A stretch of 64,000 nt of DNA from the human T2T-CHM13v2.0 reference genome, Homo sapiens, in NCBI RefSeq assembly GCF_009914755.1, contig NC_060933.1; one strand, given 5' to 3'. Each line of letters opens with the position of its first letter. Position 1 is the stretch's first letter. A model generated the notes under the pieces. The model saw nothing but the letters and a program-made list of their open reading frames with translations. It did no database searches and was not told where the DNA came from. Shown piece by piece: positions 1 through 13,400 of this stretch. The translations under genes were made by a program, and so were the position numbers.

Positions 1-488
1 CTTCATATAAAATCTAGACGGAAGCATTCTCAGAAAGTGCTTTGTGATGTTTGCATTCAAGTCACAGAGTTGAATATTCCCTTTTATAGAGCAGGTTTGT
101 AACACTCTTTCTGCACTACCTGGAAGTGGACATTTGGAGCGCTTTGAGGCCTATGTTGAAAAAGGAAATATCTTCCCATAAAAACTAGACAGAAGCATTC
201 TCAGAAATTTGTTTGTGATGTGTGTATTCAACTAACAGAGATGAACCTTTCTTTTTACAGAGCAGTTTTGAAACACTCTTTTTGTGGATTCTGAAAGTGG
301 ATATTTGGATAGCTTTGAGGATTTTGTTGGAAACGGGATTACATATAAAACCTAGAGAGAAGCATTCTCAGGAACTTCTTTGTGATGTTTGCATTCAAGT
401 CACAGAACTGAACATTCCCTTTCATAGAGCAGGTTTGAAACACTCTTTCTGTAGTATCTGCAAGCGGACGTTTCAAGCGCTTTCAGGC

Positions 489-505
489 CTATGGTGAGAA
501 AGGAA
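489..505 (+). promoter_or_regulatory. pJalpha (A-box)-like motif (representative of the alternate monomers)
   Basis: CTATGGTGAGAAAGGAA sits at the position equivalent to the CENP-B box and resembles CTAYGGTGRAAAAGGAA. Other A-type monomers carry CTATG(T/A)TGAAAAAGGAA. Confidence 0.8.
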
Positions 506-659
506 ATATCTTCAAGTAAAAACTAGACAGAAGCATTCTCAGAAACTTATTTGCGATGTGTGTTCTCAACTAACAGAGTTGAACCTTTGTTTTGATATGG
601 CATTTTGGAAACACTCTTTTTGTAGAATCTGCAGGTGGATATTCGGATAGCTTTGAACG

Positions 660-676
660 TTTCGTTGGAAACGGGA
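660..676 (+). promoter_or_regulatory. Canonical CENP-B box (representative; recurs about every 340 bp in M1 and M3 monomers)
   Basis: TTTCGTTGGAAACGGGA matches the 17-bp consensus YTTCGTTGGAARCGGGA. Further copies at 1002-1018, 1340-1356, 2194-2210 and onward. Confidence 0.97.
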
Positions 677-1681
677 ATATCTTCATATAAAATCTAGACG
701 GAAGCATTCTCAGAAACTGCTTTGTGATGTTTTCATTCAAGTCACAGAGTAGAATGTTCCCCGTTATATACCAGGTTTGAGACACTCTTTCTGCACTACC
801 TGGAAGTGGACATTTGGAGCGCTTTGAGGCCTATGATGAAGAAGGAAATATCTTCCCATAAAAACTAGACAGAAGCATTCTCAGAAACTTGTTTGTGATG
901 TGTGTATTCAACTAACAGAGATGAACCTTTCTTTTTACAGAGCAGTTTTGAAACACTCTTTTTGTGGAATCTGAAAGTGGATATTTGGATAGCTTTGCGG
1001 ATTTCGTTGGAAACGGGATTACATATAAAATCTAGGGAGAAGCATTCTCAGGAACTTCTTTGTGATGTTTGCATTCAAGTCACAGAACTGAACATTCCCT
1101 TTCATAGAGCAGGTTTGAAACACTCTTTCTGTAGTATCTGCAAGCGGACGTTTTAAGCGCTTTCAGGCCTGTGGTGAGAAAGGAAATATCTTCAAATAAA
1201 AACTAGACAGAAGCATTCTCAGAAACTTATTTGCGATGTGTGTCCTCAACTAACAGAGTTGAACCTTTCTTTTGATACAACATTTTGGAAACACTCTTTT
1301 TGTAGAATCTGCAAGTGGATATTTGGATAACTTTGAAGGTTTCGTTGGAAACGGGAATATCTTCATATGAAATCAAGACAGAAGCATTCTCAGAAACTTC
1401 TCTGTGATGTTTGCATTCACCTCATAGAGTTGAACACTTCCCTTCATACAGCAGGTTTGAAACACTCTTTTTCTAATATTTGGAAGTGGACATTTGCAGC
1501 GCTTTGAGGCCTATGTTGAAAAAGGAAATATCTTCTCCTAAAAACCAGACAGAAGCATTCTCAGAAACTTCCTTGTGATGTGTGTACTCAAGTAACAGAG
1601 TTGAACCTTCCTTTTGACAGAGCAGTTTTGAAGCACTCTTTTTGTAGAATCTGCAAGTGGATATTTTGATACCTTTGAGGA

Positions 1682-1698
1682 TTTCGTTGGACACGGGA
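1682..1698 (+). promoter_or_regulatory. Variant CENP-B box with intact core (monomer M5, once per HOR)
   Basis: TTTCGTTGGACACGGGA keeps the nine core bases nTTCGnnnnAnnCGGGn. Confidence 0.85.
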
Positions 1699-1851
1699 TA
1701 TCTTCATATAAAATCTAGACAGAAGCATTCTCAGAAACTTCTTTGTGCTGTATGTCCTCAATTAACAGAGTTGAACCTTTGTGTGGATACAGCATTTTGG
1801 AAACATTCCTTTAGAAGAATCTGCAAGTTGATATTTAGATAGCTAGGAAGA

Positions 1852-1868
1852 TTTCCTTGGAAACGGGA
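1852..1868 (+). promoter_or_regulatory. Degenerate CENP-B box (monomer M6, once per HOR), predicted non-binding
   Basis: TTTCCTTGGAAACGGGA has core TTCG changed to TTCC and lies 170 bp after the M5 box. Confidence 0.85.
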
Positions 1869-2067
1869 ATATCTTCATATAAAATCTAGACGGAAGCATT
1901 CTCAGAAAGTGCTTTGTGATGTTTGCATTCAAGTCACAGAGTTGAATATTCCCTTTTATAGAGCAGGTTTGAAACACTCTTTCTGCACTACCTGGAAGTG
2001 GACATTTGGAGCGCTTTGAGGCCTATGTTGAAAAAGGAAATATCTTCCCATAAAAACTAGACAGAAG

Positions 2068-4619
2068 CATTCTCAGAAACTTGTTTGTGATGTGTGTATT
2101 CAACTAACAGAGATGAACCTTTCTTTTTACAGAGCAGTTTTGAAACACTCTTTTTGTGGAATCTGAAAGTGGATATTTGGATAGCTTTGAGGATTTCGTT
2201 GGAAACGGGATTACATATAAAACCTAGAGAGAAGCATTCTCAGGAACTTCTTTGTGATGTTTGCCTTCAAGTCACAGGACTGAACATTCCCTTTCATAGA
2301 GCAGGTTTGAAACACTCTTTCTGTAGTATCTGCAAGCTGACGTTTCAAGCGCTTTCAGGCCTATGGTGACAAAGGAAATATCTTCAAGTAAAAACTAGAC
2401 AGAAGCATTCTCAGAAACTTATTTGCCATGTGTGTTCTCAACTAACAGAGTTGAACCTTTGTTTTGATACGGCATTTTGGAAACACTCTTTTTGTAGAAT
2501 CTGCAGGTGGATATTCGGATAGCTTTGAAGGTTTCGTTGGAAACGGGAATATCTTCATATAAAATCTAGACGGAAGCATTCTCAGAAACTGCTTTGTGAT
2601 GTTTTCATTCAAGTCACAGAGTAGAATCTTCCCTGTTATATACCAGGTTTCAGACACTCTTTCTGCACTACCTGGAAGTGGACATTTGCAGCGCTTTGAG
2701 GCCTATGATGAAAAAGGAAATATCTTCCCATAAAAACTAGACAGAAGCATTCTCAGAAACTTGTTTGTGATGTGTGTATTCAACTAACAGAGATGAACCT
2801 TTCTTTTTACAGAGCAGTTTTGAAACACTCTTTTTGTGGAATCTGAAAGTGGATATTTGGATAGCTTTGAGGATTTCGTTGGAAACGGGATTACATATAA
2901 AATCTAGAGAGAAGCATTCTCAGGAACTTCTTTGTGATGTTTGCATTCACGTCACAGAACTGAACATTCCCTTTCATAGAGCATGTTTGAAACACTCTTT
3001 CTGTAGTATCTGCAAACGGACATTTCAAACGCTTTCAGGCCTATGGTGAGAAAGGAAATATCTTCAAATAAAAACTAGACAGAAGCATTCTCAGAAACTT
3101 ATTTGCGATGTGTGTCCTCAACTAACAGAGTTGAACCTTTCTTTTGATACAACATTTTGGAAACACTCTTTTTGTGGAATCTGCAAGTGGATATTTGGAT
3201 AGCTTTGAAGATTTCGTTGGAAACGGGAATATCTTCATATAAAATCAAGACAGAAGCATTCTCAGAAACTTCTCTGTGATGTTTGCATTCAACTCATAGA
3301 GTTGAACACTTCCCTTCATACAGCAGGTTTGAAACACTCTTTTTGTAATATTTGGAAGTGGACATTTGCAGCGCTTTGAGGCCTATGATGAAAAAGGTAA
3401 TATCTTCCCATAAAAACTAGACAGAAGCATTCTCAGAAACTTGTTTGTGATGTGTGTATTCAACTAACAGAGATGAACCTTTCTTTTTACAGAGCAGTTT
3501 TGAAACACTCTTTTTGTGGAATCTGAAAGTGGATATTTGGATAGCTTTGCGGATTTCGTTGGAAACGGGATTACATATAAAATCTAGGGAGAAGCATTAT
3601 CAGGAACTTCTTTGTGATGTTTGCATTCAAGTCACAGAACTGAACATTCCCTTTCATAGAGCAGGTTTGAAACACTCTTTCTGTAGTATCTGCAAGCGGA
3701 CGTTTTAAGCGCTTTCAGGCCTGTGGTGAGAAAAGAAATATCTTCAAATAAAAACTAGACAGAAGCATTCTCAGAAACTTATTTGCGATGTGTGTCCTCA
3801 ACTAACAGAGTTGAACCTTTCTTTTGATACAACATTTTGGAAACACTCTTTTTGTAGAATCTGCAAGTGGATATTTGGATAGCTTTGAAGGTTTCGTTGG
3901 AAACGGGAATATCTTCATATGAAATCAAGACAGAAGCATTCTCAGAAACTTCTCTTTGATGTTTGCATTGAACTCATAGAGTTGAACACTTCCCTTCATA
4001 CAGCAGGTTTGAAACACTCTTTTTGTAATATTTGGAAGTGGACATTTGCAGCGCTTTGAGGCCTATGTTGAAAAAGGAAATATCTTCTCCTAAAAACCAG
4101 ACAGAAGCATTCTCAGAAACTTCCTTGTGATGTGTGTACTCAAGTAACAGAGTTGAACCTTCCTTTTGACAGAGCAGTTTTGAAGCACTCTTTTTGTAGA
4201 ATCTGCAAGTGGATATTTTGATACCTTTGAGGATTTCGTTGGACACGGGATATCTTCATATAAAATCTAGACAGAAGCATTCTCAGAAACTTCTTTGTGC
4301 TGTATGTCCTCAATTAACAGAGTTGAACCTTTGTGTGGATACAGCATTTTGGAAACATTCCTTTAGTAGAATCTGCAAGTTGATATTTAGATAGCTAGGA
4401 AGATTTCCTTGGAAACGGGAATATCTTCATATAAAATCTAGACGGAAGCATTCTCAGAAAGTGCTTTGTGATGTTTGCATTCAAGTCACAGAGTTGAATA
4501 TTCCCTTTTATAGAGCAGGTTTGAAACACTCTTTCTGCACTACCTGGAAGTGGACATTTGGAGCGCTTTGAGGCCTATGTTGAAAAAGGAAATATGTTCC
4601 CATAAAAACTGGACAGAAG
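2068..4619 (+). repeat. 15-mer HOR (2552 bp): A + B + C. Other 15-mers at 7852-10403, 35914-38465, 38466-41017, 41018-43569, 48674-51225
   Basis: Marker starts at 2094, 2774, 3454 and 4646. A carries GCAGGTGGATATTCGG and GTTATATACCAGG. B carries CACGTC, GAGCATGTTT and GATACAAC. C carries TTTTAAGCG plus three extra monomers. Confidence 0.92.
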
Positions 4620-7600
4620 CATTCTCAGAAACTTGTTTGTGATGTGTGTATTCAACTAACAGAGATGAACCTTTCTTTTTACAGAGCAGTTTTGAAACAC
4701 TCTTTTTGTGGAATCTGAAAGTGGATATTTGGATAGCTTTGAGGATTTCGTTGGAAACGGGATTACATATAAAACCTAGAGAGAAGCATTCTCAGGAACT
4801 TCTTTGTGATGTTTGCATTCAAGTCACAGGACTGAACATTCCCTTTCATAGAGCAGGTTTGAAACACTCTTTCTGTAGTATCTGCAAGCTGACGTTTCAA
4901 GCGCTTTCAGGCCTATGGTGAGAAAGGAAATATCTTCAAGTAAAAACTAGACAGAAGCATTCTCAGAAACTTATTTGCCATGTGTGTTCTCAACTAACAG
5001 AGTTGAACCTTTGTTTTGATACGGCATTTTGGAAACACTCTTTTTGTAGAATCTGCAGGTGGATATTCGGATAGCTTTGAAGGTTTCGTTGGAAACGGGA
5101 ATATCTTCATATAAAATCTAGACGGAAGCATTCTCAGAAACTGCTTTGTGATGTTTTCATTCAAGTCACAGAGTAGAATGTTCCCTGTTATATACCAGGT
5201 TTGAGACACTCTTTCTGCACTACCTGGAAGTGGACGTTTGGAGCGCTTTGAGGCCTATGTTGAAAAAGGAAATATCTTCCCATAAAAACTAGACAGAAGC
5301 ATTCTCAGAAACTTGTTTGTGATGTGTGTATTCAACTAACAGGGATGAACCTTTCTTATTACAGAGCAGTTTTGAAACACTCTTTTTGTGGAATCTGAAA
5401 GTGGATATTTGGATAGCTTTGAGGATTTCGTTGGAAACGGGATTACATATAAAACCTAGAGAGAAGCATTCTCAGGAACTTCTTTGTGATGTTTGCATTC
5501 AAGTCACAGAAGTGAACATTCCCTTTCATAGAGCATGTTTGAAACACTCTTTCTGTAGTATCTGCAAACGGACATTTCAAACGCTTTCAGGCCTATGGTG
5601 AGAAAGGAAATATCTTCAAATAAAAACTAGACAGAAGCATTCTCAGAAACTTGTTTGCGATGTGTTTCCTCAACTAACAGAGTTGAACCTTTCTTTTGAT
5701 ACAACATTTTGGAAACACTCTTTTTGTAGAATCTGCAAGTGGATATTTGGATAGCTTTGAAGGTTTCTTTGGAAACGGGAATATCTTCATATAAAATCAA
5801 GACAGAAGCATTCTCAGAAACTTCTCTGTGATGTTTGCATTCAACTCATAGAGTTGAACACTTCCCTTCATACAGCAGGTTTGAAACACTCTTTTTGTAA
5901 TATTTGGAAGTGGACATTTGCAGCGCTTTGAGGCCTATGATGAAAAAGGTAATATCTTCCCATAAAAACTAGACAGAAGCATTCTCAGAAACTTGTTTGT
6001 GATGTGTGTATTCAACTAACAGAGATGAACCTTTCTTTTTACAGAGCAGTTTTGAAACACTCTTTTTGTGGAATCTGAAAGTGGATATTTGGATAGCTTT
6101 GCGGATTTCGTTGGAAACGGGATTACATATAAAATCTAGGGAGAAGCATTCTCAGGAACTTCTTTGTGATGTTTGCATTCAAGTCACAGAACTGAACATT
6201 CCCTTTCATAGAGCATGTTTGAAACACTCTTTCTGTAGTATCTGCAAACGGACGTTTCAAACGCTTTCAGGCCTATGGTGAGAAAGGAAATATCTTCAAA
6301 TAAAAACTAGACAGAAGCATTCTCAGAAACTTATTTGCGATGTGTGTCCTCAACTAACAGAGTTGAACCTTTCTTTTGATACAACATTTTGGAAACACTC
6401 TTTTTGTGGAATCTGCAAGTGGATATTTGGATAGCTTTGAAGATTTCGTTGGAAACGGGAATATCTTCATATAAAATCAAGACAGAAGCATTCTCAGAAA
6501 CTTCTCTGTGATGTTTGCATTCAACTCATAGAGTTGAACACTTCCCTTCATACAGCAGGTTTGAAACACTCTTTTTGTAATATTTGGAAGTGGACATTTG
6601 CAGCGCTTTGAGGCCTATGATGAAAAAGGTAATATCTTCCCATAAAAACTAGACAGAAGCATTCTCAGAAACTTGTTTGTGATGTGTGTATTCAACTAAC
6701 AGAGATGAACCTTTCTTTTTACAGAGCAGTTTTGAAACACTCTTTTTGTGGAATCTGAAAGTGGATATTTGGATAGCTTTGCGGATTTCGTTGGAAACGG
6801 GATTACATATAAAATCTAGGGAGAAGCATTATCAGGAACTTCTTTGTGATGTTTGCATTCAAGTCACAGAACTGAACATTCCCTTTCATAGAGCAGGTTT
6901 GAAACACTCTTTCTGTAGTATCTGCAAGCGGACGTTTTAAGCGCTTTCAGGCCTGTGGTGAGAAAAGAAATATCTTCAAATAAAAACTAGACAGAAGCAT
7001 TCTCAGAAACTTATTTGCGATGTGTGTCCTCAACTAACAGAGTTGAACCTTTCTTTTGATACAACATTTTGGAAACACTCTTTTTGTAGAATCTGCAAGT
7101 GGATATTTGGATAGCTTTGAAGGTTTCGTTGGAAACGGGAATATCTTCATATGAAATCAAGACAGAAGCATTCTCAGAAACTTCTCTGTGATGTTTGCAT
7201 TCAACTCATAGAGTTGAACACTTCCCTTCATACAGCAGGTTTGAAACACTCTTTTTGTAATATTTGGAAGTGGACATTTGCAGCGCTTTGAGGCCTATGT
7301 TGAAAAAGGAAATATCTTCTCCTAAAAACCAGACAGAAGCATTCTCAGAAACTTCCTTGTGATGTGTGTACTCAAGTAACAGAGTTGAACCTTCCTTTTG
7401 ACAGAGCAGTTTTGAAGCACTCTTTTTGTAGAATCTGCAAGTGGATATTTTGATACCTTTGAGGATTTCGTTGGACACGGGATATCTTCATATAAAATCT
7501 AGACAGAAGCATTCTCAGAAACTTCTTTGTGCTGTATGTCCTCAATTAACAGAGTTGAACCTTTGTGTGGATACAGCATTTTGGAAACATTCCTTTAGTA

Positions 7601-9445
7601 GAATCTGCAAGTTGATATTTAGATAGCTAGGAAGATTTCCTTGGAAACGGGAATATCTTCATATAAAATCTAGACGGAAGCATTCTCAGAAAGTGCTTTG
7701 TGATGTTTGCATTCAAGTCACAGAGTTGAATATTCCCTTTTATAGAGCAGGTTTGAAACACTCTTTCTGCACTACCTGGAAGTGGACATTTGGAGCGCTT
7801 TGAGGCCTATGTTGAAAAAGGAAATATGTTCCCATAAAAACTGGACAGAAGCATTCTCAGAAACTTGTTTGTGATGTGTGTATTCAACTAACAGAGATGA
7901 ACCTTTCTTTTTACAGAGCAGTTTTGAAACACTCTTTTTGTGGAATCTGAAAGTGGATATTTGGATAGCTTTGAGGATTTCGTTGGAAACGGGATTACAT
8001 ATAAAACCTAGAGAGAAGCATTCTCAGGAACTTCTTTGTGATGTTTGCATTCAAGTCACAGGACTGAACATTCCCTTTCATAGAGCAGGTTTGAAACACT
8101 CTTTCTGTAGTATCTGCAAGCTGACGTTTCAAGCGCTTTCAGGCCTATGGTGAGAAAGGAAATATCTTCAAGTAAAAACTAGACAGAAGCATTCTCAGAA
8201 ACTTATTTGCCATGTGTGTTCTCAACTAACAGAGTTGAACCTTTGTTTTGATACGGCATTTTGGAAACACTCTTTTTGTAGAATCTGCAGGTGGATATTC
8301 GGATAGCTTTGAAGGTTTCGTTGGAAACGGGAATATCTTCATATAAAATCTAGACGGAAGCATTCTCAGAAACTGCTTTGTGATGTTTTCATTCAAGTCA
8401 CAGAGTAGAATGTTCCCTGTTATATACCAGGTTTGAGACACTCTTTCTGCACTACCTGGAAGTGGACGTTTGGAGCGCTTTGAGGCCTATGTTGAAAAAG
8501 GAAATATCTTCCCATAAAAACTAGACAGAAGCATTCTCAGAAACTTGTTTGTGATGTGTGTATTCAACTAACAGGGATGAACTTTTCTTATTACAGAGCA
8601 GTTTTGAAACACTCTTTTTGTGGAATCTGAAAGTGGATATTTGGATAGCTTTGAGGATTTCGTTGGAAACGGGATTACATATAAAACCTAGAGAGAAGCA
8701 TTCTCAGGAACTTCTTTGTGATGTTTGCATTCAAGTCACAGAACTGAACATTCCCTTTCATAGAGCATGTTTGAAACACTCTTTCTGTAGTATCTGCAAA
8801 CGGACATTTCAAACGCTTTCAGGCCTATGGTGAGAAAGGAAATATCTTCAAATAAAAACTAGACAGAAGCATTCTCAGAAACTTGTTTGCGATGTGTTTC
8901 CTCAACTAACAGAGTTGAACCTTTCTTTTGATACAACATTTTGGAAACACTCTTTTTGTAGAATCTGCAAGTGGATATTTGGATAGCTTTGAAGGTTTCT
9001 TTGGAAACGGGAATATCTTCATATAAAATCAAGACAGAAGCATTCTCAGAAACTTCTCTGTGATGTTTGCATTCAACTCATAGAGTTGAACACTTCCCTT
9101 CATACAGCAGGTTTGAAACACTCTTTTTGTAATATTTGGAAGTGGACATTTGCAGCGCTTTGAGGCCTATGATGAAAAAGGTAATATCTTCCCATAAAAA
9201 CTAGACAGAAGCATTCTCAGAAACTTGTTTGTGATGTGTGTATTCAACTAACAGAGATGAACCTTTCTTTTTACAGAGCAGTTTTGAAACACTCTTTTTG
9301 TGGAATCTGAAAGTGGATATTTGGATAGCTTTGCGGATTTCGTTGGAAACGGGATTACATATAAAATCTAGGGAGAAGCATTCTCAGGAACTTCTTTGTG
9401 ATGTTTGCATTCAAGTCACAGAACTGAACATTCCCTTTCATAGAG
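2951..9445 (+). repeat. Tandem duplication, period 3232 bp (19 monomers); boundaries approximate
   Basis: Shared variants at +3232: CATTATCAGG (units 3454/6686), AAATATGTTCC..CTGGACAG, ACAGGGATG (units 5326/8558) and the TTTCTTTGGAAACGGGA box (5764/8996). Confidence 0.88.
4620..7851 (+). repeat. 19-mer HOR variant (3232 bp); others at 43570-46801 and 51226-54457
   Basis: The C-specific marker ORF (MDILIP) spacing is 3232 for 4209->7441, 43159->46391 and 50815->54047. Confidence 0.9.
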
Positions 9446-10403
9446 CAGGTTTGAAACACTCTTTCTGTAGTATCTGCAAGCGGACGTTTTAAGCGCTTTC
9501 AGGCCTGTGGTGAGAAAGGAAATATCTTCAAATAAAAACTAGACAGAAGCATTCTCAGAAACTTATTTGCGATGTGTGTCCTCAACTAACAGAGTTGAAC
9601 CTTTCTTTTGATACAACATTTTGATAACACTCTTTTTGTAGAATCTGCAAGTGGATATTTGGATAGCTTTGAAGGTTTCGTTGGAAACGGGAATATCTTC
9701 ATATGAAATCAAGACAGAAGCATTCTCAGAAACTTCTCTGTGATGTTTGCATTCAACTCATAGAGTTGAACACTTCCCTTCATACAGCAGGTTTGAAACA
9801 CTCTTTTTCTAATATTTGGAAGTGGACATTTGCAGCGCTTTGAGGCCTATGTTGAAAAAGGAAATATCTTCTCCTAAAAACCAGACAGAAGCATTCTCAG
9901 AAACTTCCTTGTGATGTGTGTACTCAAGTAACAGAGTTGAACCTTCCTTTTGACAGAGCAGTTTTGAACCACTCTTTTTGTAGAATCTGCAAGTGGATAT
10001 TTTGATACCTTTGAGGATTTCGTTGGACACGGGATATCTTCATATAAAATCTAGACAGAAGCATTCTCAGAAACTTCTTTGTGCTGTATGTCCTCAATTA
10101 ACAGAGTTGAACCTTTGTGTGGATACAGCATTTTGGAAACATTCCTTTAGAAGAATCTGCAAGTTGATATTTAGATCGCTAGGAAGATTTCCTTGGAAAC
10201 GGGAATATCTTCATATAAAATCTAGACGGAAGCATTCTCAGAAAGTGCTTTGTGATGTTTGCATTCAAGTCACAGAGTTGAATATTCCCTTTTATAGAGC
10301 AGGTTTGAAACACTCTTTCTGCACTACCTGGAAGTGGACATTTGGAGCGCTTTGAGGCCTATGTTGAAAAAGGAAATATCTTCCCATAAAAACTAGACAG
10401 AAG

Positions 10404-13400
10404 CATTCTCAGAAACTTGTTTGTGATGTGTGTATTCAACTAACAGAGATGAACCTTTCTTTTTACAGAGCAGTTTTGAAACACTCTTTTTGTGGAATCT
10501 GAAAGTGGATATTTGGATAGCTTTGAGGATTTCGTTGGAAACGGGATTACATATAAAACCTAGAGAGAAGCATTCTCAGGAACTTCTTTGTGATGTTTGC
10601 CTTCAAGTCACAGGACTGAACATTCCCTTTCATAGAGCAGGTTTGAAACACTCTTTCTGTAGTATCTGCAAGCTGACGTTTCAAGCGCTTTCAGGCCTAT
10701 GGTGAGAAAGGAAATATCTTCAAGTAAAAACTAGACAGAAGCATTCTCAGAAACTTATTTGCCATGTGTGTTCTCAACTAACAGAGTTGAACCTTTGTTT
10801 TGATACGGCATTTTGGAAACACTCTTTTTGTAGAAACTGCAGGTGGATATTCGGATAGCTTTGAAGGTTTCGTTGGAAACGGGAATATCTTCATATAAAA
10901 TCTAGACGGAAGCATTCTCAGAAACTGCTTTGTGATGTTTTCATTCAAGTCACAGAGTAGAATCTTCCCTGTTATATACCAGGTTTCAGACACTCTTTCT
11001 GCACTACCTGGAAGTGGACATTTGCAGTGCTTTGAGGCCTATGATGAAAAAGGAAATATCTTCCCATAAAAACTAGACAGAAGCATTCTCAGAAACTTGT
11101 TTGTGATGTGTGTATTCAACTAACAGAGATGAACCTTTCTTTTTACAGAGCAGTTTTGAAACACTCTTTTTGTGGAATCTGAAAGTGGATATTTGGATAG
11201 CTTTGCGGATTTCGTTGGAAACGGGATTACATATAAAATCTAGAGAGAAGCATTCTCAGGAACTTCTTTGTGATGTTTGCATTCACGTCACAGAACTGAA
11301 CATTCCCTTTCATAGAGCATGTTTGAAACACTCTTTCTGTAGTATCTGCAAACGGACATTTCAAACGCTTTCAGGCCTATGGTGAGAAAGGAAATATCTT
11401 CAAATAAAAACTAGACAGAAGCATTCTCAGAAACTTATTTGCGATGTGTGTCCTCAACTAACAGAGTTGAACCTTTCTTTTGATAGAACATTTTGGAAAC
11501 ACTCTTTTTGTGGAATCTGCAAGTGGATATTTGGATAGCTTTGAAGATTTCGTTGGAAACGGGAATATCTTCATATAAAATCAAGACAGAAGCATTCTCA
11601 GAAACTTCTCTGTGATGTTTGCATTCAACTCATAGAGTTGAACACTTCCCTTCATACAGCAGGTTTGAAACACTCTTTTTGTAATATTTGGAAGTGGACA
11701 TTTGCAGCGCTTTGAGGCCTATGATGAAAACGGTAATATCTTCCCATAAAAACTAGACAGAAGCATTCTCAGAAACTTGTTTGTGATGTGTGTATTCAAC
11801 TAACAGAGATGAACCTTTCTTTTTACAGAGCAGTTTTGAAACACTCTTTTTGTGGAATCTGAAAGTGGATATTTGGATAGCTTTGCGGATTTCGTTGGAA
11901 ACGGGATTACATATAAAATCTAGGGAGAAGCATTATCAGGAACTTCTTTGTGATGTTTGCATTCAAGTCACAGAACTGAACATTCCCTTTCATAGAGCAG
12001 GTTTGAAACACTCTTTCTGTAGTATCTGCAAGCGGACGTTTTAAGCGCTTTCAGGCCTACGGTGAGAAAGGAAATTTCTGCAAGTAAAAACTAGACAGAA
12101 GCATTCTCAGAAACTTATTTGCGATGTGTGTTCTCAACTAACAGAGTTGAACCTTTGTTTTGATATGGCATTTTGGAAACACTCTTTTTGTAGAATCTGC
12201 AGGTGGATATTCGGATAGCTTTGAAGGTTTCGTTGGAAACGGGAATATCTTCATATAAAATCTAGACGGAAGCATTCTCAGAAACTGCTTTGTGATGTTT
12301 TCATTCAAGTCACAGAGTAGAATGTTCCCTGTTATATACCAGGTTTGAGACACTCTTTCTGCACTACCTGGAAGTGGACGTTTGGAGCGCTTTGAGGCCT
12401 ATGTTGAAAAAGGAAATATCTTCCCATAAAAACTAGACAGAAGCATTCTCAGAAACTTGTTTTTGATGTGTGTATTCAACTAACAGAGATGAACCTTTCT
12501 TTTTACAGAGCAGTTTTGAAACACTCTTTTTGTGGAATCTGAAAGTGGATATTTGGATAGCTTTGAGGATTTCGTTGGAAACGGGATTACATATAAAATC
12601 TAGAGAGAAGCATTCTCAGGAACTTCTTTGTGATGTTTGCATTCACGTCACAGAACTGAACATTCCCTTTCATAGAGCATGTTTGAAACACTCTTTCTGT
12701 AGTATCTGCAAACGGACATTTCAAACGCTTTCAGGCCTATGGTGAGAAAGGAAATATCTTCAAATAAAAACTAGACAGAAGCATTCTCAGAAACTTATTT
12801 GCGATGTGTGTCCTCAACTATCAGAGTTGAACCTTTCTTTTGATACAACATTTTGGAACCACTCTTTTTGTAGAATCTGCAAGTGGATATTTGAATAGCT
12901 TTGAAGGTTTCGTTGGAAACGGGAATATCTTCATATAAAATCAAGACAGAAGCATTCTCAGAAACTTCTCTGTGATGTTTGCATTCAACTCATAGAGTTG
13001 AACACTTCCCTTCATACAGCAGGTTTGAAACACTCTTTTTGTAATATTTGGAAGTGGACATTTGCAGCGCTTTGAGGCCTATGATGAAAAAGGAAATATC
13101 TTCCCATAAAAACTAGACAGAAGCATTCTCAGAAACTTGTTTGTGATGTGTGTATTCAACTAACAGAGATGAACCTTTCTTTTTACAGAGCAGTTTTGAA
13201 ACACTCTTTTTGTGGAATCTGAAAGTGGATATTTGGATAGCTTTGCGGATTTCGTTGGAAACGGGATTACATATAAAATCTAGGGAGAAGCATTCTCAGG
13301 AACTTCTTTGTGATGTTTGCATTCAAGTCACAGAACTGAACATTCCCTTTCATAGAGCAGGTTTGAAACACTCTTTCTGTAGTATCTGCAAGCGGACGTT

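Larger units (their letters stand above)
196..2067 (+). repeat. 11-mer HOR (1872 bp): 4-mer A + 7-mer C
   Basis: Marker ORF starts at 222, 902 and 2094 give spacings of 680 + 1192. Confidence 0.92.

Noticed and set aside
9993-10355. Longest ORF (120 aa)
   Set aside because: It results from a single TAG>TCG change at 10177 that reads through into the next monomer.
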